A stretch of 64,000 bases of DNA from Paragordius varius (taxonomy: Eukaryota; Animalia; Nematomorpha). The notes below the pieces were generated by a model. It searched no databases. It was not told the origin of the DNA and worked only from the letters and a program-made list of their open reading frames with translations. The position numbers and the translations under genes were made by a program. Within the stretch, counting starts at the first letter, position 1, and each line of letters opens with the position of its first letter. The DNA lies in the NCBI GenBank assembly GCA_964247055.1, contig OZ176053.1, positions 9,920,001 to 9,984,000 of the forward strand, read 5' to 3'. Below are positions 1-11,789 of this stretch, in pieces.

Positions 1-353
1 TGATTAATATGATGTGTGAGGTAACAAGAAAGGATAGAATTAAGAATAGATTTTTTCGTGGGAGCACAGATATTAAACCAATAGTGGAAAGAATGTCAAA
101 AAATAGGCTACGTTGGTTCGGGCACATTGAAAGGAGAGATTCTAATTATCTTGCAAAAATAATAGATAGTCATGTAATTGAGGATAAACGAGGACGTGGG
201 CGGCCTAAAACGAAATGGATAGATACAGTAAAAAGAGAGCTAGCAGAATACGAGCTTAATGCAAAGGACGCCATAGATAGAGTTCTATGGCGAGACAGGT
301 TGTATAACATGACCGCTCTCACGAATGAAAACATTTAATGTAATAATAATAAT
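1..353 (+). mobile_element. 3' end of an RTE-clade non-LTR retrotransposon (ORF2 C-terminus plus (TAA)n tail)
   Basis: ORF 9-338 carries RLRWFGHIERR...KRGRGRPKTKWIDTVKREL, the typical post-RT C-terminus of RTE/BovB-like ORF2. It ends at TAA 336-338 and is followed by a TAATAATAATAAT tail (341-353). The 5' part lies outside the window. Confidence 0.85.
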
Positions 354-1179
354 GCCCTAATATCCATTTACAAGATATTAGAGCTTTAATTTCCACAGGT
401 TAAAAACATTACATGTTTCATTTTCTAGATTTATGAAATTCAATATTTCTATGTTATTTACTGTATTTACCGCCAACGAAAGCATTTATTTATGGCTAGT
501 CGCCTTTTTTATAATCTAAATTTCATCTGTAAATACTCATCATGTATTTTTTGTAGGTTTGATATCATTAGAATTTCATAGTTTATATATTGTACTATTT
601 TATTAACCTACTTCTGATAATATACAACCGGGCCGATGATACATTGTGAGTAATTAAATATTGCTAGTATTAATTATTGCCAAATATATGCAGTAAAGAG
701 AATTATTATCGGTTAATAATAGTAAAAAGTGAAAAAAACTATAAGCCAATAATACTACCCTTTGTTGTATGTGCTATTTGATAAATAACTTTCTAGCAAT
801 GTATACGTACTCATACTCTAATAAATCTGTACCGCACATAAGAAATGCATTATAAATATATTTTTGCAAGATTATCACAAAAATACAATATGATCATTGA
901 CAGTGATGCCAATATAATTTTGGATATAACGCTTAATTCAAAACTGAGCATTTAAAATTAATAAAAATCGTTTGCTACTTATATCATATCATGGCAAATT
1001 CACCCGGTTTCGGCAATCTCGCATTAAACCATAAACAGCACAAAACCACGCCTTAACAACGCTAGTTGTGGGATAATTGTAAATTAACGAAATCTTTTGT
1101 GCGCATCGTGTTATAAGCAAAATAAATTTTTTGACAATATTTTTATATACAAGATAATTTATAATAACTATGGTTAAAA

Positions 1180-2039
1180 TCAATTATTCACGTAACCCAA
1201 ATAATCATCCATTAAAGATCCAATGGCAAACTAAAATTTTAAATAGCAACATACTATATCGGATGTATCAATGCGGGTTCCAACAATTCGAACACGAATT
1301 TCATCTTGTTCCTTGATCATAATATCCTGAAAACATAATGTAGAATAAATAATACATATCAAAAATTATATTACGAATGTTAATACGGGGAGCTATATAA
1401 TGTTGCCCCTAAGATTAGCCAAATATTATAAACACTTTTGTGGCCTCTTATCCTAAAAACTATAAATAAAAAACCAATATATGAAAATCAAATAAACAAA
1501 GCTGAGGATTCGAAGAAATCATTATATACAGAATGTAATACTTACATCATCATTGGTCTTGTAACATGGTTGCAAGGAATTCGGATCGAATTCCATATCA
1601 GATGGAATGCTCTAAAAATTATTAAAAGTATACGTGTTTTGAAATAAAACATGTTAGGGGTCCGATTTCACAAAATATCCCAACCTTAAATGTTATATAA
1701 TAGTCATATACCTTATTTATTTGTGTGACGACACCGTCCAAAACTTCGCCCTTGAATGGCATAAACACAATTGCTTTATAATGAACATTGTATGTAACAT
1801 AACCGCGCCCAGATTTTATAATGCCCGAGCCAATGTTATCGATAGATGTAACAGCAATTATGAATCCATACCTAAAATAAATTGTAGAATTATACTGTCC
1901 TGAGCAAGTACCTTCCACTTCGTAAAATAATTTTTGTTTCACAGTGTTTAACAAGTTAGGACCAAAGTATCTCGGATGAAGTATAATCTCATGTTGCAGG
2001 GATAACTAAACTAAAATAATTTTTTACATGATAAAACAT
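1180..2039 (-). CDS. POLR2G: RNA polymerase II subunit RPB7, 7 exons, 173 aa
   Basis: Exons 2028-2039, 1896-2005, 1712-1871, 1634-1684, 1546-1611, 1255-1326, 1180-1230 splice in frame to [49 protein letters not shown]...[16 protein letters not shown], colinear with RPB7. GT-AG introns are 22, 24, 27, 22, 219 and 24 nt. Confidence 0.97.
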
Positions 2040-2101
2040 TTACAGCTTGTTGATACTCATTTAACCATTGTTCAACACTTATTTGTTGGGTTTTTAGTAC
2101 C
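2040..2101. promoter_or_regulatory. 62-bp interval between the divergent RPB7 and SSBP1 start codons (putative bidirectional promoter/5'UTRs)
   Basis: RPB7 ATG at 2039 (-) and SSBP1 ATG at 2102 (+). Function is inferred from position only. Confidence 0.6.
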
Positions 2102-2673
2102 ATGCTTTCACAATTTATTCGCTCTTTCCATACCACAAAGAATCTTTGCGAAAGATGTTTGTGTAATTTTTATTATAGCATTTAATTCAATTGTTTTACT
2201 TGGAAGATCGGGAAAAAATGTTGAAATACGAGGGTCGCCTGAAAAACCATTTGCAGTTTTTTCATTATGTACGCACTCAAAATTTAAAAATGGTGAAGGT
2301 TAAAATATTTTTAATATCAGGTCTTTGGGAACAAAAAGCAAATTGGCATAGAATTTACGCCTTTAAACCAATTTTAAAAGATTTGCTTGAAAAACATTAC
2401 CGTAAAGGGTATAGTTTAAATTTATGTAATTAGTATGCGAATGCATGTGCAGGGATATTTAAATTATAGAGATATCGTTGATTCAAATGGAAATACTGTC
2501 ACATTAACATCAATCGTTGCTGGTTTATTAATTTTTTATTGCTAGATGACATAATTTTACTAAGTGATGCCAAGCAACTTTCTGAAAAAACGGATACCGA
2601 AGTTTCCGATAAACTAGATTCTCAGTCTGAATCGATTAATGATATCGATGAAAGGCAACAACAGAAATTGTGA
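2102..2673 (+). CDS. SSBP1: Mitochondrial single-stranded DNA-binding protein, 5 exons
   Basis: Exons 2102-2156, 2179-2298, 2321-2408, 2434-2522, 2546-2673 give MLSQFIRSFHTTKNLCERSFNSIVLLGRSG...QKANWHRIYAFKP...KGMRMHVQGYLNYRD...TSIVADDIILLSD plus an acidic tail. The N-terminus resembles a presequence, followed by SSB OB-fold motifs. Introns are 22, 22, 25 and 23 nt. Confidence 0.93.
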
Positions 2674-4496
2674 TATACTTGCAGTTTATAAATGTATCAT
2701 ATCTTTTGAATTTGCCATATGTATCGTGGTGTAATTTTTGTCGTGATTTTGGAAATATTATATAGCCAATTATAGCGCTTAAGTATTTATTTGAGTCCAT
2801 AAGTTAAAATCATTTCTTAGAATATTAGTCGTCCCAACCTGTTTCAGCGATTTTTGTAACAAATGTGATAGGAATGGAAACAGTGTTAATTTATAGTTTA
2901 TGCGTATAAATATCAAAAGACCCAATATTATGGTTAACTCAGGAATGAAAACTTGGAGTTTTTTAATAACTTAGTAAAATTTTGGCGATTCTTTTAATAC
3001 AATCAGTAATTAATATTATTTTAAAATTACATTAGCAAAGAAGCCTAAATTAGAATGCTTCTCACCCTCGCCTTTAAAAAAGGCAAAATTGTGTGTTGGA
3101 GGAATTTGTGCGAAAGTGTGTGGCTAATTATTTTTTATACAGTTTCTTTGGTCTGCAGTAACATTTTTCATAATCTATTGGCAGTCTCAAGCTTGACTGA
3201 TTTACCAATATCAACAATAATTTTGCCGGAAGTGATTGTTAACTCAGCCTTACTAAAATAAGTTGGATACTAAATTATTTGTAAAATACTTAAATTATAT
3301 CTTTAATTGATTATAAATTTATAATTTTTTATACATAACCATTTTGTTAATTAAAGTGAAAAGTAGATGTTTTACTAATCCTTTAAAATGATTTAAACTT
3401 TTGTTTGATAATTTGTTTTGAAAAAAGAGTACTACTTTAACTTTTATCGCATTGAAAACTTAGCATCATTGCTTTTACTGTGGCACAATGGGATTTTTAT
3501 AAAATATTTCATAGATTGTTTTAACGTTTTTCGGTTTTTGTCCCTTCTCACTTTGATATGTGTAAACATTTTTTACTTATCAATGTAAAACAGATTAAAA
3601 ATATTTTGTTTGATTGATAAATATTAAAATTTGGTTTTCACCAAGGAACTTTGAAAAATTAATTAAACAAAGTTTGACATCCAAAACAAACATATAAAAA
3701 CCATGACAGCTAAATTAATAACTTTTAATAAAAATTACAAAAATATTTTTTCCATGGATTTTTTATTTATTTTATACATTTTTGAATGATTTAGTTATAT
3801 AATGGTGTATGATGGATTTTTTTATATTTTTATCCTTAAAATACAAGTCGAATGAGTTTTACTTCGGAATTTACAGAGTTAAAAATATATTTTCTCTGCT
3901 TGGTTTGAAAAATATTATTATAATTAAGCAATTAAAAAAAATGGGCCGTAAGCTTAGTATTTTTTTTACAATTTTTTAATTTCACTTTTTTGGCATACGG
4001 TAAAAAGGTTATAGATTGCATTTTCAAATTTAACCTAAAAACAACAAAGATAATTTTAATTTGGATATTTTTTACAGTAGGTCAACCACTTCAAGTTAAT
4101 AAAATGCTATTTTAAACAAAATTTACCTAAATCTTAGTTTTTTAAAATTGTACAGTAGTATAGGTGGATAATATATAAAATTAATTTAAAACTGTAAATG
4201 CATTTTTCTATTTTTATACGCTTTAAAGAGGAATTTTACGGTTAACTACTAATTGATATAGTTAAATATTATGTTGTTAAATAAAGGCCCGCGTAAAAGA
4301 TTAACAAACATGAATTGTAGGTACAAACTAACCCCTAATATAGTGAAATAGCTAAATAGCACATATTATTTTTGACCATTCCTAAATGTCTGCATGAAAA
4401 GGGTTTGGTTTGTTTTAAGAAACGGGATTATTTTATCAATATGATTATTCAAATTTAAACCTATACAACTATTTTTTCCATCAAACCTTTACAAAA

Positions 4497-4527
4497 CTAG
4501 GTGGCCCTGTCACGCTTGGCTGTGACA
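4497..4527 (-). mobile_element. Helitron-like 3' terminus (hairpin + CTAG) at the left edge of the tandem array
   Basis: The minus strand reads TGTCAC-agccaagc-GTGACA, 7 nt, CTAG, then T. This is the canonical Helitron hairpin/CTRR/T-target arrangement. Confidence 0.5.
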
Positions 4528-4539
4528 TAGTCTCACTGA

Positions 4540-7500
4540 TAATCTATATATTTATAAAAATGGAAAATGCTGGCTTTGTGATCTGGTACAGGAAAACCGG
4601 TAGACCCAATCAAATCCAAATATCGAAAAAATATAATCATTAATAAATGTCCCGACAATAGCTTCGCCCTTTTTTTGAAATAGGCCCCCAGTTCGGGCCC
4701 ACCCCGTATGAAAAACGGGTTTTTTTTGAAAACAGAAGTCCACAAAATCGTGTTTTTGAGACAATTTTCCGGAGAACGTGTTGGACCATTCAATTTTAAA
4801 TATGATTTTTATTTAGTTATTTTCGATTGCGCTGAACATAGCCGAGCCACTTTTTTGATTTAGGCCCTCTTTTTACCCGCTCCCCCCGTAAAATGCCACC
4901 TTTTTCAAAAAACAAAGTCCACAAAAATAATTTTTTAAATCGATTTTTCGCCCTAGGTATGAGACCGTAAAAATTCAATATGGATTCCACGTATTCCCTG
5001 TTAAAAAGCAAAAATTTTAGTCCACCGTTTATTTAATGATAGCTGCTGGGTAAGGAACTACCCGCTAAAAACTGATTTTTCATATAACTTTGTGATCTGT
5101 TTCCGGAAAACCGGTGAAGCCATTCAAATCCAAACATCGAAAAAATTTAATCATTAATGAATGCCCCGACAATAGCTTCGCCCTTTTTTGGAATTAGGTC
5201 CCCAGTTTGGGCCCACCCCGTGTGAAAAATGGGTTAAGTCAATTTTTTGGAGAACGTGTTGGACCATTCAATTTTAAATATGATTTTTATTTAGTTATTT
5301 TCGATTGCGCTGAACATAGCCGAGCCACTTTTTTGATTTAGGCCCTCTTTTTACCCGCTCCCCCCGTAAAATGCCACCTTTTTCAAAAAACAAAGTCCAC
5401 AAAAATAATTTTTTAAATCGATTTTTCGCCCTAGGTATGAGACCGTAAAAATTCAATATGGATTCCACGTATTCCCTGTTAAAAAGCAAAAATTTTAGTC
5501 CACCGTTTATTTAATGATAGCTGCTGGGTAAGGAACTACCCGCTAAAAACTGATTTTTCATATAACTTTGTGATCTGTTTCCGGAAAACCGGTGAAGCCA
5601 TTCAAATCCAAACATCGAAAAAATTTAATCATTAATGAATGCCCCGACAATAGCTTCGCCCTTTTTTGGAATTAGGTCCCCAGTTTGGGCCCACCCCGTG
5701 TGAAAAATGGGTTAAGTCAATTTTTTGGAGAACGTGTTGGACCATTCAATTTTAAATATGATTTTTATTTAGTTATTTTCGATTGCGCTGAACATAGCCG
5801 AGCCACTTTTTTGATTTAGGCACTCTTTTTACCCGCTACCCCCGTAAAATGCCATTTTTTTCAAAAAAAAACAAAGTCCACAAAAATAATTTTTTAAATC
5901 GATTTTTCGCCCTAGGTATGAGACTCTAAAAATTCGAGAAGGTTTTTTCGTATTGCCTGTTAAAAGGCAAAAATTTTAGTCAAGCGTTTCTTTGATGATA
6001 ACTGCTGAGTAAGGAGTATCTATCATATGTATAGCATGTTAAAAGATATATGGATATTAATACATTATTTATCCTCATCTATATATTTATAAAAATGGAA
6101 AATGCTGGCTTTGTGATCTGGTACAGGAAAACCGGTAGACCCAATCAAATCCAAATATCGAAAAAATATAATCATTAATAAATGTCCCGACAATAGCTTC
6201 GCCCTTTTTTTGAAATAGGCCCCCAGTTCGGGCCCACCCCGTATGAAAAACGGGTTTTTTTTGAAAACAGAAGTCCACAAAATCGTGTTTTTGAGACAAT
6301 TTTCCGGAGAACGTGTTGGACCATTCAATTTTAAATATGATTTTTATTTAGTTATTTTCGATTGCGCTGAACATAGCCGAGCCACTTTTTTGATTTAGGC
6401 CCTCTTTTTACCCGCTCCCCCCGTAAAATGCCACCTTTTTCAAAAAACAAAGTCCACAAAAATAATTTTTTAAATCGATTTTTCGCCCTAGGTATGAGAC
6501 CGTAAAAATTCAATATGGATTCCACGTATTCCCTGTTAAAAAGCAAAAATTTTAGTCCACCGTTTATTTAATGATAGCTGCTGGGTAAGGAACTACCCGC
6601 TAAAAACTGATTTTTCATATAACTTTGTGATCTGTTTCCGGAAAACCGGTGAAGCCATTCAAATCCAAACATCGAAAAAATTTAATCATTAATGAATGCC
6701 CCGACAATAGCTTCGCCCTTTTTTGGAATTAGGTCCCCAGTTTGGGCCCACCCCGTGTGAAAAATGGGTTAAGTCAATTTTTTGGAGAACGTGTTGGACC
6801 ATTCAATTTTAAATATGATTTTTATTTAGTTATTTTCGATTGCGCTGAACATAGCCGAGCCACTTTTTTGATTTAGGCACTCTTTTTACCCGCTACCCCC
6901 GTAAAATGCCATTTTTTTCAAAAAAAAACAAAGTCCACAAAAATAATTTTTTAAATCGATTTTTCGCCCTAGGTATGAGACTCTAAAAATTCGAGAAGGT
7001 TTTTTCGTATTGCCTGTTAAAAGGCAAAAATTTTAGTCAAGCGTTTCTTTGATGATAACTGCTGAGTAAGGAGTATCTATCATATGTATAGCATGTTAAA
7101 AGATATATGGATATTAATACATTATTTATCCTCATCTATATATTTATAAAAATGGAAAATGCTGGCTTTGTGATCTGGTACAGGAAAACCGGTAGACCCA
7201 ATCAAATCCAAATATCGAAAAAATATAATCATTAATAAATGTCCCGACAATAGCTTCGCCCTTTTTTTGAAATAGGCCCCCAGTTCGGGCCCACCCCGTA
7301 TGAAAAACGGGTTTTTTTTGAAAACAGAAGTCCACAAAATCGTGTTTTTGAGACAATTTTCCGGAGAACGTGTTGGACCATTCAATTTTAAATATGATTT
7401 TTATTTAGTTATTTTCGATTGCGCTGAACATAGCCGAGCCACTTTTTTGATTTAGGCCCTCTTTTTACCCGCTCCCCCCGTAAAATGCCACCTTTTTCAA

Positions 7501-9690
7501 AAAACAAAGTCCACAAAAATAATTTTTTAAATCGATTTTTCGCCCTAGGTATGAGACCGTAAAAATTCAATATGGATTCCACGTATTCCCTGTTAAAAAG
7601 CAAAAATTTTAGTCCACCGTTTATTTAATGATAGCTGCTGGGTAAGGAACTACCCGCTAAAAACTGATTTTTCATATAACTTTGTGATCTGTTTCCGGAA
7701 AACCGGTGAAGCCATTCAAATCCAAACATCGAAAAAATTTAATCATTAATGAATGCCCCGACAATAGCATCGCCCTTTTTTGGAATTAGGTCCCCAGTTT
7801 GGGCCCACCCCGTGTGAAAAATGGGTTAAGTCAATTTTTTGGAGAACGTGTTGGACCATTCAATTTTAAATATGATTTTTATTTAGTTATTTTCGATTGC
7901 GCTGAACATAGCCGAGCCACTTTTTTGATTTAGGCACTCTTTTTACCCGCTACCCCCGTAAAATGCCATTTTTTTCAAAAAAAAACAAAGTCCACAAAAA
8001 TAATTTTTTAAATCGATTTTTCGCCCTAGGTATGAGACTCTAAAAATTCGAGAAGGTTTTTTCGTATTGCCTGTTAAAAGGCAAAAATTTTAGTCAAGCG
8101 TTTCTTTGATGATAACTGCTGAGTAAGGAGTATCTATCATATGTATAGCATGTTAAAAGATATATGGATATTAATACATTATTTATCCTCATCTATATAT
8201 TTATAAAAATGGAAAATGCTGGCTTTGTGATCTGGTACAGGAAAACCGGTAGACCCAATCAAATCCAAATATCGAAAAAATATAATCATTAATAAATGTC
8301 CCGACAATAGCTTCGCCCTTTTTTTGAAATAGGCCCCCAGTTCGGGCCCACCCCGTATGAAAAACGGGTTTTTTTTGAAAACAGAAGTCCACAAAATCGT
8401 GTTTTTGAGACAATTTTCCGGAGAACGTGTTGGACCATTCAATTTTAAATATGATTTTTATTTAGTTATTTTCGATTGCGCTGAACATAGCCGAGCCACT
8501 TTTTTGATTTAGGCCCTCTTTTTACCCGCTCCCCCCGTAAAATGCCACCTTTTTCAAAAAACAAAGTCCACAAAAATAATTTTTTAAATCGATTTTTCGC
8601 CCTAGGTATGAGACCGTAAAAATTCAATATGGATTCCACGTATTCCCTGTTAGAAAGCAAAAATTTTAGTCCACCGTTTATTTAATGATAGCTGCTGGGT
8701 AAGGAACTACCCGCTAAAAACTGATTTTTCATATAACTTTGTGATCTGTTTCCGGAAAACCGGTGAAGCCATTCAAATCCAAACATCGAAAAAATTTAAT
8801 CATTAATGAATGCCCCGACAATAGCTTCGCCCTTTTTTGGAATTAGGTCCCCAGTTTGGGCCCACCCCGTGTGAAAAATGGGTTAAGTCAATTTTTTGGA
8901 GAACGTGTTGGACCATTCAATTTTAAATATGATTTTTATTTAGTTATTTTCGATTGCGCTGAACATAGCCGAGCCACTTTTTTGATTTAGGCCCTCTTTT
9001 TACCCGCTACCCCCGTAAAATGCCATTTTTTTCAAAAAAAATATTTATAAAAATGGAAAATGCTGGCTTTGTGATCTGGTACAGGAAAACCGGTAGACCC
9101 AATCAAATCCAAATATCGAAAAAATATAATCATTAATAAATGTCCCGACAATAGCTTCGCCCTTTTTTTGAAATAGGCCCCCAGTTCGGGCCCACCCCGT
9201 ATGAAAAACGGGTTTTTTTTGAAAACAGAAGTCCACAAAATCGTGTTTTTGAGACAATTTTCCGGAGAACGTGTTGGACCATTCAATTTTAAATATGATT
9301 TTTATTTAGTTATTTTCGATTGCGCTGAACATAGCCGAGCCACTTTTTTGATTTAGGCCCTCTTTTTACCCGCTCCCCCCGTAAAATGCCACCTTTTTCA
9401 AAAAACAAAGTCCACAAAAATAATTTTTTAAATCGATTTTTCGCCCTAGGTATGAGACCGTAAAAATTCAATATGGATTCCACGTATTCCCTGTTAAAAA
9501 GCAAAAATTTTAGTCCACCGTTTATTTAATGATAGCTGCTGAGTAAGGAGTATCTATCATATGTATAGCATGTTAAAAGATATATGGATATTAAAACATT
9601 ATTTATCCTCATCTATATATTTATAAAAATGGAAAATGCTGGCTTTGTGATCTACAGGAAAAACGTTATACCCATTCAAATCCAAACTTC
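4540..9690. repeat. Homogeneous higher-order tandem repeat array (1057-bp unit = ~579 + ~478 bp monomers, with ~180-bp internal subrepeats)
   Basis: Near-identical spurious ORFs recur at 6065/7122/8179 (period 1057) and 4817/5295 (period 478). AGTCCACAAAA recurs ~180 bp apart within a monomer. A deletion junction lies near 9040. Confidence 0.95.
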
Positions 9691-9693
9691 GAA

Positions 9694-9766
9694 CCCCCCC
9701 CCCCCCCCCCCCCCAGAAGTCCGAAGGACTTCCTCGGGCTGCGTAGCAGCACGAGATTCACGCTAG
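9694..9766 (+). mobile_element. Helitron-like 3' terminus at the right edge of the array (C21 tract, two hairpins, CTAG|T); duplicated at 11685-11754
   Basis: C21 at 9694-9714; GAAGTCC-GAA-GGACTTC at 9716-9732; CTCG-G-GCTGC-GTA-GCAGC-A-CGAG at 9733-9755; 7 nt; CTAG at 9763-9766 followed by T. Confidence 0.65.
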
Positions 9767-9801
9767 TTATTTAATAATTTGCATAGAGGTAGGTAATGGA
9801 G

Positions 9802-11396
9802 TGTTAAAAGGGTTATCATCATACGCAAATTATCCTTCTCTTTTTTAGTGCATAATACACTTTGGTCTTTGTTACGTTAAAAATATATATTACCTTGGTT
9901 GTGAATGCAAATTATTTTATTTATACTTATTATCTTTAACAACGTTTAAACCATACAACTTTATCCTTGTGAATGCAATAACCAAATTTCCTAATGTATA
10001 TAAGGAATCATTGTATCACACAGAACACATTATATTATATTATTCAGTTTTGATGTTATACTAAATAAATAAATATATCCTTTATAATTTATATTAACTA
10101 TTTGTCAACTGGCGCGGCTATTCGAGGCTATGGAAAAAATTAATTTATCATGTTTTAATCCAAATGTTGAGTTTACAAATTATATTACATATATTAAACG
10201 CAATTTGGAGGTCAAGAATGTCGCAGCCACCGATGAAAATATGAAAGCATGTTTGTTGCCTTTCGGAGGAATCGAAAATATTAATAAAATTGAAAATTAT
10301 TTCTATCCACAAGCAATAGACGACATACCATTCCCAGATCTATTAAACGCCGGTATAAAAATCTTCTCCCCCTCAAGGAATATTTTTTCGTCGCGTTTTG
10401 ATTTAATTAAAATGAAGAGGGGGAGAATGGAAACGTTCACAGAATTCCTGTTAAGAGTTAAACAAATGGCCATCCACTGCCGGTTCTCGTCAAACATTGA
10501 CGAGCACATCATAGATGTATTCATCGCCGGGTTAGACGAGCAAGCCGTGGAAATGGAACTATTCACACGGTTCCCAGAAGCTTTAGAAAACGGGGCTCCC
10601 GTTTCTCTAAATACGGTGGTAAATATTGCCTTATCACATGAGAAGGCACGAGATGGACTAACGAATACAGAAGTGCTGTCCATCAATATTGATAATGATA
10701 ATAAAAGTAACAATAATAAGAACCACAGTAGTAATGGTGAAATAAACGAAATAGCCACACTTCACCAATCAAAGAGCAGCCATAGTAATAATAACCGACG
10801 AACCTGCACAAAATGTGGGACGACTCATACGTTGGGACATTGCCCTGCCTATGGGAAAGAATGTTATAGATGCCATCGTTCAAACCACTTTGCTCGATGT
10901 TGTAAGGTAGTGTTTAAAGCATATTCCCTTTTTAATAAGACAATAAAACCCCAAATTGTTCCTAAAATAAATAATATTCCTATTGAAATGATTTTTGATA
11001 CGGGTGCCGATATTTCAATCATAAATTATAAAAACTGGTGCCGTCTCGGCAAGCCAGCACTAGATTTTGATAACAATAATATTTTCATACATGCATACAA
11101 TAATAATCGTATAAAAACATTAGGTAAATGCAAATTACAGGTTGAATTAGATAAAAGAACGCACATTCTAGAGTGCTTTATTATAAACAACAACTTACCA
11201 TCAATATTTGGAATGGACTGGATAAAACAATTTAATTTAAAATTACCCAATCATGTAATAATAAATAACTTATCTTCATATGATATATATAACAAATTTA
11301 GCAAGTTATTTTCTGAGGGCCTTGGTTGCTGGAAGGGCGACCCGATTAAAGTGTTTTTAAGTAATAATAATTGTGGTAGAATTTTTCCAAGAAGAA
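9802..11396 (+). mobile_element. Truncated duplicate of the Ty3/gypsy element (5' LTR 9802-10107, PBS, gag, protease)
   Basis: The LTR matches 11790-12095. ORF 10130-11422 matches the ORF at 12118 except two amino-acid changes (one synonymous change also seen), until ...GRIFPRR, where it joins satellite sequence CAAAGTCCAC at 11397. Confidence 0.93.
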
Positions 11397-11789
11397 CAAA
11401 GTCCACAAAAATAATTTTTTAAATCGATTTTTCGCCCTAGGTATGAGACCGTAAAAATTCAATAAAGATTCCACGTATTCCCTGTTAAAAGGCAAAAATT
11501 TTAGTCAAGCGTTTCTTTAATGATAGATGCTGAGTAAGGAGTATCTATCATATGTATAGCATGTTAAAAGATATATGGATATTAAAACATTATTTATCCT
11601 CATCTATATATTTATAAAAATGGAAAATGCTGGCTTTGTGATCTACAGGAAAAACGTTATACCCATTCAAATCCAAACTTCGAACCCCCCCCCCCCCCCC
11701 CCAGAAGTCCGAAGGACTTCCTCGGGCTGCGTAGCAGCACGAGATTCACGCTAGTTATTTAATAATTTGCATAGAGGTAGGTAATGGAG

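Noticed and set aside
989-1183. 64-aa minus ORF and GC-richer island downstream of RPB7
   Set aside because: It overlaps the RPB7 stop/3'UTR, and I recognised no protein family or snRNA. An Rfam search would be needed to exclude an ncRNA.
1438-2433. ORFs 1438-1647, 1721-1903, 2028-2303 and 2191-2433 as separate genes
   Set aside because: They are explained as antisense or partial readings of RPB7 and SSBP1 exons.
2780-3270. Possible spliced minus-strand gene convergent with SSBP1
   Set aside because: Candidate micro-introns exist, but no consistent frame or recognisable product could be built without invoking 17-19 nt introns.
4533-9504. Repeated 64-87 aa ORFs (MNGPTRSPEN…, MSQKHDF…, MLFNREY…)
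   Set aside because: They are translations of the satellite monomer with no domain motifs, and their ends vary with array junctions.
4540-9690. CRISPR-like or prokaryotic repeat array
   Set aside because: There are no unique spacers, the units are hundreds of bp, no cas genes are present, and the context is eukaryotic and intron-rich.
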